From the IMG/VR virus record IMGVR_UViG_3300045988_154277: DNA of 64,000 nt. One strand, given 5' to 3'. Both the position numbers and the translations under genes were made by a program. The stretch's first letter is position 1. Each line of letters opens with the position of its first letter. A model generated the notes under the pieces. The model was given only the letters and a program-made list of their open reading frames with translations, searched no databases and had not been told where the DNA came from. The stretch comes from a virus. Shown piece by piece: positions 38,790 through 47,585 of this stretch.

Positions 38790-39191
38790 TTAGTCGTTAT
38801 CTTCTTCCTTGTCATCCTCCGGATCGTCCTTGAAGAGATTCTTCGACTTGGCTTCCCAATACTCGGACTCTTCCTCGTACTTCTTAGTACGAGCTTTGGA
38901 CTCTTCGACAGAGGCTTTGACTTCCTGGTCACGGAGTTCAAGGCGTTTCACGTCCATCTTCATCTGGTGTTCGATTACCTTATCGACCTTCGCATCGGCG
39001 AAGGTGAAGATGGCTTTCAACAAACCGACCGCACCGTCGGTCGAGATCTTCACGTTCTCATCGGTGATGTCGGCATGTGCAGACATCTTGAGGTTCTTCA
39101 AGGTGATACCCTTGAATTCCACTTCTCCGATGGTGAACTCGAAGTTGGCGGTGCTGTTGTTGCGGACGTTGTTGGTGGTTTCGTTGCTCAT
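38790..39191 (-). CDS. hypothetical protein with acidic C-terminus
   Basis: 133-aa ORF. Confidence 0.45.
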   Translation of the reverse strand: MSNETTNNVRNNSTANFEFTIGEVEFKGITLKNLKMSAHADITDENVKISTDGAVGLLKAIFTFADAKVDKVIEHQMKMDVKRLELRDQEVKASVEESKARTKKYEEESEYWEAKSKNLFKDDPEDDKEEDND

Positions 39192-39690
39192 GGTTTGATT
39201 CCTTTTGTTAAGGGTTGTTGGGTTGAGCTAAGATATGGAGAAGAACGAAGGTTCGTATCGTTGTCACTAACACAACGATCTTCTCCTTCGAATCTTCGAC
39301 TTGTTTACTACACGAATGACTTTTGTACAAAACTAGACTATGTAAACACACTATGAGAGAGGTTAGTGTCTCATATGTGTTAAATGAACGTTACCGACCG
39401 ACTCTTGTCGGTATGTACAACAATACGAATTAGTTCGTCGGATATTCGGTACCACAACGAACTTCGTACTGTATTACTGCAACTGCACGCTGCATCGCGT
39501 CAAGAACATCTTGTCCTTCACGCAGGAACTGGTTTAACAGTTCGTAATAACGTTGATGAAACGTCTTCACGTAGTCACCTCCTTTCTTGATGTTAGTGTA
39601 CAGAGTGTAGATGCGTCAACATCTACACTCTGTACACGGTTATCAGTTTGACACATCTCTAATTAGACATGTCTTCGGTATTATCAATAA

Positions 39691-39727
39691 AGTAATATAT
39701 ATTCGAAATATTTTGAACTACACTTTT
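39691..39727 (+). promoter_or_regulatory. promoter-like element; the 33-mer 39695..39727 is identical to 10355..10387
   Basis: agtaatatatattcgaaatattttgaactacactttt. Confidence 0.6.
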
Positions 39728-39743
39728 CAAGACAGTCGATGGT

Positions 39744-40067
39744 ATGCAAGATAGGAGGTTAACGATGATAGGTAGGATCTTCAGTATATTAAAAGCAATA
39801 TGGGCTCGACCAGCGGTTCAAGCCTCTGTATGGTTGGTGATCGAGAGCATCGCGATCTGGTTGAAAGACTGGATCGTTACATTCTTCAAGAGGAACAGTC
39901 CTTGTTGTGAGCAACCGAAGTCAGAAGACTACACTCCAGGTGAGACGAAAAGTGATCGTAAAACAACTCGAAGAGCTCCTCGTAGGAAGAAATGTTCTAA
40001 GACCCCAACAACCCTTGCTACACCAAGGACTTCTACTCGTAAAACGAGGACGAAACGAAAAGTGTGA
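39744..40067 (+). CDS. small membrane protein with one N-terminal hydrophobic helix and a highly basic Arg/Lys/Thr-rich tail
   Basis: 107 aa (possibly starts at MIGRIF with taggaggttaacgATG); ...IWARPAVQASVWLVIESIAIWL...RKTTRRAPRRKK...RKTRTKRKV. Confidence 0.45.
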   Translation: MQDRRLTMIGRIFSILKAIWARPAVQASVWLVIESIAIWLKDWIVTFFKRNSPCCEQPKSEDYTPGETKSDRKTTRRAPRRKKCSKTPTTLATPRTSTRKTRTKRKV

Positions 40068-40111
40068 TGTATCGTACACGGTGGCATAACTCACCGTGTA
40101 CGATACCTATT

Positions 40112-41038
40112 TTAATCAAGTGATAGTTCGATCCCGAACGCTTTCCGGAACAAGATCTTCAAGTCCTCACTTTGATGGATCCCTTTCGTAGATCCAGCAT
40201 AGATGTTGGAGAATAGATGTTTGGTCCCAAGGAGAAGATCGATCCTTGTGATCGGAACTTTGTCAGCAGAACACAGCTTAGTGAACTCTTTCAATGTAAC
40301 AGGATGTTCTGCATACAAGAGTTGTAGTTTCTGTCGGAACAGTAGAACTTTAACTGTGTTGTTGACAGCTCTCGCTGCGAACCGATTGAACGTCAGTTCA
40401 CTGGAGAGTTGTTTCAAGAACGCTTCCAACGAGTAGTCCTTATGAAGAAGTTCATCGTCTATCTTCCAAGCATATTGTGACTTCCTGCCTTTTCGTTCTA
40501 CCTTCTTCTCCAGTTCTTTAATTGGCGCTTGAGAAGCTCTTTTCTCTTGCGCATCTTTCTCAGTTGTCTTTGGTTCCTGTTTCTTCGTCTTAGATTGTTC
40601 AGCCGATTGATCTCTTTTTGATTGAACGGTTGACTTGAGTTGTTGGAACACTCTTCGATCGTCATCCATGTCTTGGAGGATTCCAGGATGGAACAGGGCA
40701 TTCCAAGCATTAGTAAGATAAGGGAACGAAGCCCCATCCAACATCTTGTTAAAATCATCTTCAGATAGATCACAATATCTCCTCAATTCCTCTTGTACCT
40801 GGAACTTCCCTTCCAGATAAGCGACGATCTCTCGTCGTGTTTTGGTTGTATAGTCTTTAATATTGACGATGATAACTCGTCTTAAGTACTCGATGAACTT
40901 CTCTCTGGAAGTTTCTCTTGGGATGCCCTTGATAACGAGAGTGAATGTTTTCTTATTCCACCTTCTCTGTTGTTCTGCGAGCTCTTCCCAATCCTTCCAA
41001 TCTCCTTCGTCGGGTACATATACGTCCTCTTCTGGCAT
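40112..41038 (-). CDS. hypothetical Lys/Glu-rich protein
   Basis: 308-aa ORF. Confidence 0.5.
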   Translation of the reverse strand: MPEEDVYVPDEGDWKDWEELAEQQRRWNKKTFTLVIKGIPRETSREKFIEYLRRVIIVNIKDYTTKTRREIVAYLEGKFQVQEELRRYCDLSEDDFNKMLDGASFPYLTNAWNALFHPGILQDMDDDRRVFQQLKSTVQSKRDQSAEQSKTKKQEPKTTEKDAQEKRASQAPIKELEKKVERKGRKSQYAWKIDDELLHKDYSLEAFLKQLSSELTFNRFAARAVNNTVKVLLFRQKLQLLYAEHPVTLKEFTKLCSADKVPITRIDLLLGTKHLFSNIYAGSTKGIHQSEDLKILFRKAFGIELSLD

Positions 41039-41152
41039 AAAGATCCCTCCTATTGTTTTGTTCGCAAACTATGGTTGTTCTCAGTAAGAAGATCTATGAG
41101 TGGAAGGCGTCCAACCCTTCCACTCATAGATCGTTGCATAGGAGCAGGATAA

Positions 41153-41556
41153 GAGGTCGCTCAAGATCCTTCAGAGAACATCGGATCAAGAGCTACGGAC
41201 CGACCGCAGCCCAGTAATAGAACTCGAGCGGACTTCAGGCGTGTCCTCAGATCACTGACGAAAGATAGGTGGTTCCTCCTAGACTGCGTCGCGAACTACA
41301 CGCAGACCAACTTCACTTCCGGCGCAAAGCGAGGTCGTTCCTATGTGGGTAATCATCGAAGAGTCTGGGAGTTTGACCCTATCGATGGAAGGTTGTCAGG
41401 TCTCAACGAGTTCTTTTCGGCACGATGGTTTACCAGACCACCGAATACAGGTTGTGCCCAAGTGCGTCCTTGCCTAAGGTAGCGTCATAGTTAAGGAGCA
41501 TTTGTACATAGGATACTCGAACTCAAAACATCAAAAATATATAGGAGTAAACACAC
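41153..41556. other. ~400-bp gene-free, relatively GC-rich region with local hairpins (candidate ncRNA/origin/packaging signal)
   Basis: No ORF >=60 aa in any frame; hairpin ctgcgt-cgcgaactac-acgcag; repeated GGTYGTTCCT. Confidence 0.3.
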
Positions 41557-42273
41557 ATGTCGTATCAACCCTCTGACAAACTGAAAGCTTATGTGAAGAA
41601 CGGCGATATCAAGATCTTAGGGATCACAGGTAAGATGTTCTCTGGCAAAGACACGGTCGCTGAGTTCATCCACTTCGCATTCCGGAACTCCAGGATCACC
41701 AGCTTCGCTTACCCCATGAAACAGATGATGATCGATTACTTCGGATTTACTCACGATGACCTTTATACTGTGGAAGGCAAGAAACGGTACAACGAGTTCT
41801 GGGGTATGACCAATCGGGATGCTCTCCAGAAGATCGGTACAGAGTGTTTCAGAAACAACTTCCATATCGATACCTGGTTGAAGACGATGGAGGTTAATAT
41901 CATCCATGACCTCACCAAGTTGATCATCATCCCGGATGTAAGATTCCCCAATGAAGCAGAATTGATCAAGGCTCTTGGAGGATCGATCCTGAAGATCGTG
42001 AGAGATGATGTATCTCGTGATCCCAACCAGATGGCTCATGCGTCGGAATCATTGATCGATCAGATCCCTTACGATATGCTGCTTGTGAATGACCAAGATA
42101 GAGCAACTTTGTTTGAAACAACACTCTGGTTGTTGGAAGAAGATGGGATCTTAACCAGGCATATGTTGAATCCTCATATCCAGAACACGATTGATGATGC
42201 AGTGCTTGAAGATGAGTACTTTACAGCCATAGAAGAACACACCGGAAACTACTTCCGTAACCGACCCATTTGA
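41557..42273 (+). CDS. deoxynucleoside monophosphate kinase (T4 gp1-like)
   Basis: ILGITGKMFSGKDTVAEFI matches T4 gp1 IFLSGVKRSGKDTTADFI; IIPDVRFPNEAELIKALGGSILKIVRD matches VPDTRQDHEMDAARAMGATVIHVVRP. Confidence 0.8.
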   Translation: MSYQPSDKLKAYVKNGDIKILGITGKMFSGKDTVAEFIHFAFRNSRITSFAYPMKQMMIDYFGFTHDDLYTVEGKKRYNEFWGMTNRDALQKIGTECFRNNFHIDTWLKTMEVNIIHDLTKLIIIPDVRFPNEAELIKALGGSILKIVRDDVSRDPNQMAHASESLIDQIPYDMLLVNDQDRATLFETTLWLLEEDGILTRHMLNPHIQNTIDDAVLEDEYFTAIEEHTGNYFRNRPI

Positions 42274-42332
42274 AATCCCATGTTATGCTTATATGCAAGG
42301 GAATATGTGAACCTCTATAAGGAGTTATCAAT

Positions 42333-42491
42333 ATGTCAACACAACCGGTTCCGAAAGCGAAAGTGTTCGCTCTGACCGCTGCGTTCAGCGTGATCCGAAA
42401 TGCAGTATCTCAGGTTACCAAATACAAACCTGAAAAGGACGATCGTATCGTCTTCAACTCATTGACCAAAGCTCTTAAGAAAGGAGAATAA
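42333..42491 (+). CDS. hypothetical small protein (52 aa), below ORF-track threshold
   Basis: taaggagttatcaatATG; MSTQPVPKAKVFALTAAFSVIRNAVSQVTKYKPEKDDRIVFNSLTKALKKGE. Confidence 0.4.
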   Translation: MSTQPVPKAKVFALTAAFSVIRNAVSQVTKYKPEKDDRIVFNSLTKALKKGE

Positions 42492-42493
42492 CG

Positions 42494-44029
42494 ATGAGTA
42501 AGCTTCTTTCTTTTGCTGGACTGGCGTCCACTTATCTCAACAGTGATCAGGCTCCTGATAAGATCGAGTTCTCGCAGAGCAACGCTCTGCAGACTTCGGT
42601 GGAGGGTCTCGCCAACGCTGCTTCTGTGGAATACGACCTGACTCCGAATAAATCCGTTGCGGAACATGTTGCGGATTATGAGAAGATGACGAAGAACCGT
42701 CTGCTCAACGGAGAACTGCTCCAACCATTCGACGACATGGCGAATATGTTCGCTCGTAAGATCTACGATGGGATCACCAACCTGAAGCAGATCAAGAGAG
42801 ATGTCACCTGGCTCACAGAGGACATCATGAAGAAATACCACCAGTATGTCAGCGAAGATCCTGTCGTCTCTGCGTATACTGGAGAACGCAACTTCTCTAC
42901 ATTGTCGATGCCTGCAGTCGACTGGTCTCTGATGAACAAGATCAGCGAACGTGTGACGATCGCTCGTGTGCATGAGAAGATCGACCATGAAGATGATGCT
43001 CCGATCACGGACTCCATGATCCGTCTGGCGATCAACAGACTTCCTGGAGTGTCGGACGATCGTGTCTGTGAACCTGTTGGAGATCTGAAAAAAGAGAAGG
43101 TGGATCGGATCATCGATATGGTCTACTCTTCTGTGAAAGATCAGTGTACCAGAGAAGAAGTCACCAACGTTGTGAAGTCGGCTCTTTATCTGACTCCGGA
43201 TCATCTTCGTCAAGCTGCGAACAGCATCGCTCAGTTCGCCGATGGGCGTACGGTCGATAAGATCAACACCTATATGAACCAAGTCCGTCTTGGCGATCTG
43301 ATCCTTCCTCACATCACCGATGATGTGACAGATGTCAGCGCTGCGAACCGTCAGCGGATCAACCACAATATCGATCTCATCCAAGAGATCAACCACATGG
43401 TTGCGTATGTTGCGATGCACTATCGCAACACAGTTTGGAGAGATGCGATCATGGTTCCTGGTCCGATGGTCAACAGTGACAACATGGATCAGTTCCAAGG
43501 GAAAGGCGGTTCTCTGGAGTCTCTGGTACTTTATCACAACTACCTCTACAAGGAAACGGGTGTTCCTTCCAACGGTGTTTCTGTCCAGTTCGCACTGGAA
43601 AGCATCGGTCGTGTCTCGGAAGAGTACAAACTGGAAGCTGCTCGTCAAGCGGCTACTTGTGAGGAACACAGGAAACAGTATCTGCGTGATGCGTTCATCC
43701 ACTCCAGCTTGGAGTATCTGAACAGCCACAAAGAGAAGTTCTCTCCGCAGTTCGCTTCCAACAACCTGGTCGCTTATGTCGGTTCTGTATACGACAGTGC
43801 GATGCTGGAAGCTCCGATGGAGAACAGACTGTATGACCTGATCCTGAACAGCTGTTACATCAACTCGATGGAACGCAACATCTATCATCGGTTGAATGCG
43901 GCTTACATCAAGCACGCGAACAGTGCGGAAGCTCTTACCGATGAGATGTGTGATCGGATCGATGTCAGTGTTTACTCTGACATGATCGCTGAATACCTCG
44001 TCGACAAAGGTATCCTTATCGCCGAATAA
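42494..44029 (+). CDS. hypothetical protein (511 aa), candidate structural protein
   Basis: aagaaaggagaataacgATG; the opposite ORF 42410..44047 is Arg/Val/Asp-rich antisense. Confidence 0.65.
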   Translation: MSKLLSFAGLASTYLNSDQAPDKIEFSQSNALQTSVEGLANAASVEYDLTPNKSVAEHVADYEKMTKNRLLNGELLQPFDDMANMFARKIYDGITNLKQIKRDVTWLTEDIMKKYHQYVSEDPVVSAYTGERNFSTLSMPAVDWSLMNKISERVTIARVHEKIDHEDDAPITDSMIRLAINRLPGVSDDRVCEPVGDLKKEKVDRIIDMVYSSVKDQCTREEVTNVVKSALYLTPDHLRQAANSIAQFADGRTVDKINTYMNQVRLGDLILPHITDDVTDVSAANRQRINHNIDLIQEINHMVAYVAMHYRNTVWRDAIMVPGPMVNSDNMDQFQGKGGSLESLVLYHNYLYKETGVPSNGVSVQFALESIGRVSEEYKLEAARQAATCEEHRKQYLRDAFIHSSLEYLNSHKEKFSPQFASNNLVAYVGSVYDSAMLEAPMENRLYDLILNSCYINSMERNIYHRLNAAYIKHANSAEALTDEMCDRIDVSVYSDMIAEYLVDKGILIAE

Positions 44030-44046
44030 GAGACAAAAGAATAACA

Positions 44047-44084
44047 TCTAGAGTGTACGAAGGATAACCCTCGTACACTCTAGA
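44047..44084. terminator. bidirectional hairpin terminator; loop contains GATAACCCT like 37748..37787
   Basis: tctagagtgtacgaagg-ataa-ccctcgtacactctaga. Confidence 0.6.
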
Positions 44085-44096
44085 GTCTTAAACACG

Positions 44097-44630
44097 TTAG
44101 GCTGGCATCTGACTGTAGAACATCAGATCGTCTTGATCATCTGCAGTGAAGACCAGATCTCTCTGTTGCTTCACCCAGGATAAGGTTTTCTTATGGATTT
44201 CCGACTTGGTCTTCATCCTCTGTTCCAAACTGGTCAATCGAAGCATCTTCATCAGCTTCTTTTGTGTGTAGAAATACATACAGGTTTCAAAGAGGATATC
44301 CGTAACCCAAGTGGTAGTGATCTCCATCTCACAGATAACTCTTGCGATGATGTTCACAAGTTCGTATTCTGATACAGAGTTCAAGAACCGGTATCGGGTA
44401 GCTGCTAAACAACTGAGGATGTCCGGAGTGATCAGATCGATCTCTTTCAGACAACATGCAGAACTGGATGATTGAAGATGACGACCCAGATGTTCATTCT
44501 GAGACATCATCAGAGTTTGAAAGTGACTGGAACATTTGAGAATCAATCGTTCGTGTACACGATCTCGGACCTCGATCATCGTTTTGATGTACTCGTACTT
44601 TGACTCACCTGATTTTGATTCCTCCGACAT
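44097..44630 (-). CDS. hypothetical protein
   Basis: 177-aa ORF. Confidence 0.5.
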   Translation of the reverse strand: MSEESKSGESKYEYIKTMIEVRDRVHERLILKCSSHFQTLMMSQNEHLGRHLQSSSSACCLKEIDLITPDILSCLAATRYRFLNSVSEYELVNIIARVICEMEITTTWVTDILFETCMYFYTQKKLMKMLRLTSLEQRMKTKSEIHKKTLSWVKQQRDLVFTADDQDDLMFYSQMPA

Positions 44631-44738
44631 GATACTTACCTCCTAACGTGTTTTGATTGGGTGTTGTGAAATGATGATCCGTGTACAGTGGTACACGGAT
44701 CATCTAATAGTTGATTCTGTCTAAGAAATATCCTTGTG

Positions 44739-46040
44739 TTAGAAGGGTATTTCGTCTTCGAATATCGCATCGAAGATATGTTTGTTGTTGTAGACCCAGA
44801 GACTATCTCCGATGATGTGACCATCGGGGAAGTGTTCTTGTTTCAGCTGTTCCAGCGTGATGTCCGGGTTCAGACTGTAGAACCGATACCGATACCATCC
44901 GGTCTTACACAGATTCCAGAATACGCCGATGTCGTAATCCAGATTCAACCCGGTAACATACCAGGTGTTCGTGAACAAAGCAGGATGGTTGATCGCGATC
45001 ACCTTCATACCACATATGGTCATGGGTGTTGATGAACCATAAATGACAGGAAGGAGATTCTGGTTGGCGTATTTGTTCGCCAGAGGATCGTGTTGCAACG
45101 CATCCGTGATGGGCTGAAGGATGTTGTCGAATTTCAGATCATCATACTTCGTTGCAGTGGGTAACTGGAACGGGAGTTGATTGATATCACAGACACAACC
45201 AGCTGCTCCAGGATGTCCGTTCCCTCCGTACTTCTTCGCGATCTCGTTCGCCGGATAGTGTTCTTCGTCGATGCTGTAGATCGATACACGGACTTTCTTG
45301 ATATTGTTGAAGTACCGGAACAGGATACGGATCGGAAGATCCGGACGATCGATGTGTGAGAAGAGTGCGCTGTTCGCATCCTTCACATTACAAGCGATCG
45401 CAGGAACACCGTTGATCTTCGTCTCGAATGCACCGTCGTCTACGACAACGTGGTTGCGGATCGAGATGTAGTTCAAGATCCTCTTCCCAGTCTGGATCAA
45501 CTTGTGGATGAAGTCTTTGTCACGGAACAGACGACTCCACTCTTGCTGATGTTTATCCACAGGGGAGAGTTCCAGCTGTCCCAATGCGACATCGAAACAT
45601 CTGGTATCATCTCCATATTCGAAGCACCAAGTATCGTAGTCCGAGATATATTTGATCACCCAAGGAGGATTCACTCCAGGATGGAAGTACTCCCAGACTA
45701 ACATCGCAGCGGAACGTCCTTTGGTCGTTTCACATTTCCCTTCACAGGAGAACTCTTGTTCTTTGTATTCGTGAACAACAGGGTGATGGTCGATCCAGAT
45801 CAACCGATACCGGTTCTTCAGGTCTTTCATCGTCTGAAGAGGGAACGAGAAATCCACGATCAAGATCGTTGTAACGTTCGGATCGATCAAATCCCAACGT
45901 ACATCTTTGTTATGGTTAACTGGGTAACACCAGCTTTTAGGGTAGAGCTCGTGGATGATCGCAGCACAAGCTTTCCCGTCATTATCCGCATGGTAGAAGA
46001 CTACCATATCGGATCCTTCTGTTTGACTTAATAGTTCCAT
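44739..46040 (-). CDS. DHH-DHHA1 family phosphoesterase (NrnA/RecJ-core-like nanoRNase/phosphodiesterase)
   Basis: Motif I VVFYHADNDGKACAAI, motif III LIWIDHHPV, DHHA1 motif GGNGHPGAAG. Confidence 0.75.
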   Translation of the reverse strand: MELLSQTEGSDMVVFYHADNDGKACAAIIHELYPKSWCYPVNHNKDVRWDLIDPNVTTILIVDFSFPLQTMKDLKNRYRLIWIDHHPVVHEYKEQEFSCEGKCETTKGRSAAMLVWEYFHPGVNPPWVIKYISDYDTWCFEYGDDTRCFDVALGQLELSPVDKHQQEWSRLFRDKDFIHKLIQTGKRILNYISIRNHVVVDDGAFETKINGVPAIACNVKDANSALFSHIDRPDLPIRILFRYFNNIKKVRVSIYSIDEEHYPANEIAKKYGGNGHPGAAGCVCDINQLPFQLPTATKYDDLKFDNILQPITDALQHDPLANKYANQNLLPVIYGSSTPMTICGMKVIAINHPALFTNTWYVTGLNLDYDIGVFWNLCKTGWYRYRFYSLNPDITLEQLKQEHFPDGHIIGDSLWVYNNKHIFDAIFEDEIPF

Positions 46041-46071
46041 ATCAGTGCCTTTCTGTTGAAGTATTACACTT

Positions 46072-46093
46072 AGTTATATATAGTTGAAGTTCG
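46072..46093 (+). promoter_or_regulatory. copy of the AGTTATATATA..TTGAAG motif ~100 nt upstream of tail fiber gene
   Basis: agttatatatagttgaagttcg. Confidence 0.45.
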
Positions 46094-46179
46094 TTTGGCA
46101 TAGAACAGCCGGGTCAACTACTTTCCTATATGACATCCTATGCATAATTGTTATTTCGACTTCAACTAGGAGGGCCGCA

Positions 46180-47538
46180 ATGGGCACTGTGATTAATCCA
46201 AATGGCAAGTCTTGGTTCGCCACAGCTTCTGGCGTCACCGTGATCGGGACGACGAAGACGTACCAGACTTATGCCGACCTGCTGCGCGAGCAATATCCAG
46301 GTAAGTTGGCCTGGGTTGTAGACGCATCGGGTGACCCCAGTGTAGACAAGGGGTCTGCTCTTTATGCATGGCGTTCCCTCAGTAAGACATGGGAGAAGAT
46401 CTATGAAACAGAGATGATGGATGGTGGAAGTTCCGTGATCCAGAACTTTGTTGGATGGGTTGCAACTCCTGAACAGCTGAGGGCTATGTACCCGAATGCA
46501 TCCGACGGTTGGTATGCGATCGTTGGAACAACCGACAGTATCTGGGTCTGGGACAGTGATACCAACGACTGGAAAGATACGACCGCGATGGATGGAGAGA
46601 TCATGTGGTCTCAGATCGTCGATCCTCCGTCTTCATATCCGATCACGTTCATCACTGGACTGAGAGAGGAACTGGACAGTCGTGTTCTCAACACCACGCT
46701 GGAAGCGTTCTATCCCAAGAAAGCAGATCTGGCTCTGGTTGCAACAACCGGATCATACACGGATCTGACCGATCTTCCCGACATCGATGGGATCATTACC
46801 AAACTGGATACGCTGTCTGGTACGGTTGAGGATATCCGTCTTCAACTCACTCAGCTGGCTGAATACGTTGATCAGCTCAGTGCCGATCAGATTAAGGGGA
46901 TGGATCAGTACCAGAAGATCACAGATACGATCGCTTGGGATCGCATCACTGGGTTCCCTGCGGATCAGTATGCTCTTCAGACTTATGTGGATCAGAACTT
47001 CTCTAAGATCGGACACACTCACTCGCAATATGCGCTGAACACCGAAGTTCAAGCGATGTATGCGACGAAGGTGGAACTCTCTACAGAGATCTCCAAACTC
47101 CCATCGCTCTATGCTCCGATCAAACATACTCACACGATGGAAGACATCATCGGATATGTTGACAATACTCCGACGTTCATGCAGTTCGTAAGACCAGTGG
47201 AACAGGAGAACATGTTCTTGAAGGTGGAAATCTTCTCGGATCCATCCATGGAAACCCTGATCAAGGAAGTGGATAGCCGTGATGAGGACGGACGTCTTGC
47301 GATGTCCTACTACAACGGAACCGCTTATGTCGCTGTACCAGAAGGTGGTATCCCAGTGGACGGTCAAGGACGTTTGGCTGCTGTAAACGTTGGTCAGATC
47401 GAAGCTGCTGGACAAGTCTATGTCCGGTCGACCTGGCAGAACGCGGTTGCATCGATCAGCATCACATCTGCTACGATGTATCCGGCATTCACCCCGTCTG
47501 ACATGATCGCCGTTGGTAACTTCTGGCGTACTCTTTAA
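46180..47538 (+). CDS. tail fiber protein with HxH 'phage fibre' repeats; paralog of 61373..62677
   Basis: ORF track 46084..47538, start at aggagggccgcaATG; N-terminal 90 aa ~60% identical to 61373 gene; repeats IGHTHSQYAL, IKHTHTMEDI. Confidence 0.7.
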   Translation: MGTVINPNGKSWFATASGVTVIGTTKTYQTYADLLREQYPGKLAWVVDASGDPSVDKGSALYAWRSLSKTWEKIYETEMMDGGSSVIQNFVGWVATPEQLRAMYPNASDGWYAIVGTTDSIWVWDSDTNDWKDTTAMDGEIMWSQIVDPPSSYPITFITGLREELDSRVLNTTLEAFYPKKADLALVATTGSYTDLTDLPDIDGIITKLDTLSGTVEDIRLQLTQLAEYVDQLSADQIKGMDQYQKITDTIAWDRITGFPADQYALQTYVDQNFSKIGHTHSQYALNTEVQAMYATKVELSTEISKLPSLYAPIKHTHTMEDIIGYVDNTPTFMQFVRPVEQENMFLKVEIFSDPSMETLIKEVDSRDEDGRLAMSYYNGTAYVAVPEGGIPVDGQGRLAAVNVGQIEAAGQVYVRSTWQNAVASISITSATMYPAFTPSDMIAVGNFWRTL

Positions 47539-47585
47539 CAACAAACCATTTAACCTTTCAAACATAAACAAAAGGATTCAACAAC

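Noticed and set aside
41153-41556. tRNA or group I intron in the long non-coding region
   Set aside because: No acceptor-stem/T-loop (GTTCRAATC) pattern and no P7-like core could be found by eye. Left as an unassigned structured region.
42410-44047. 545-aa minus-strand ORF
   Set aside because: Antisense to 42494..44029, which has a strong RBS, balanced composition and plus-strand gene context.
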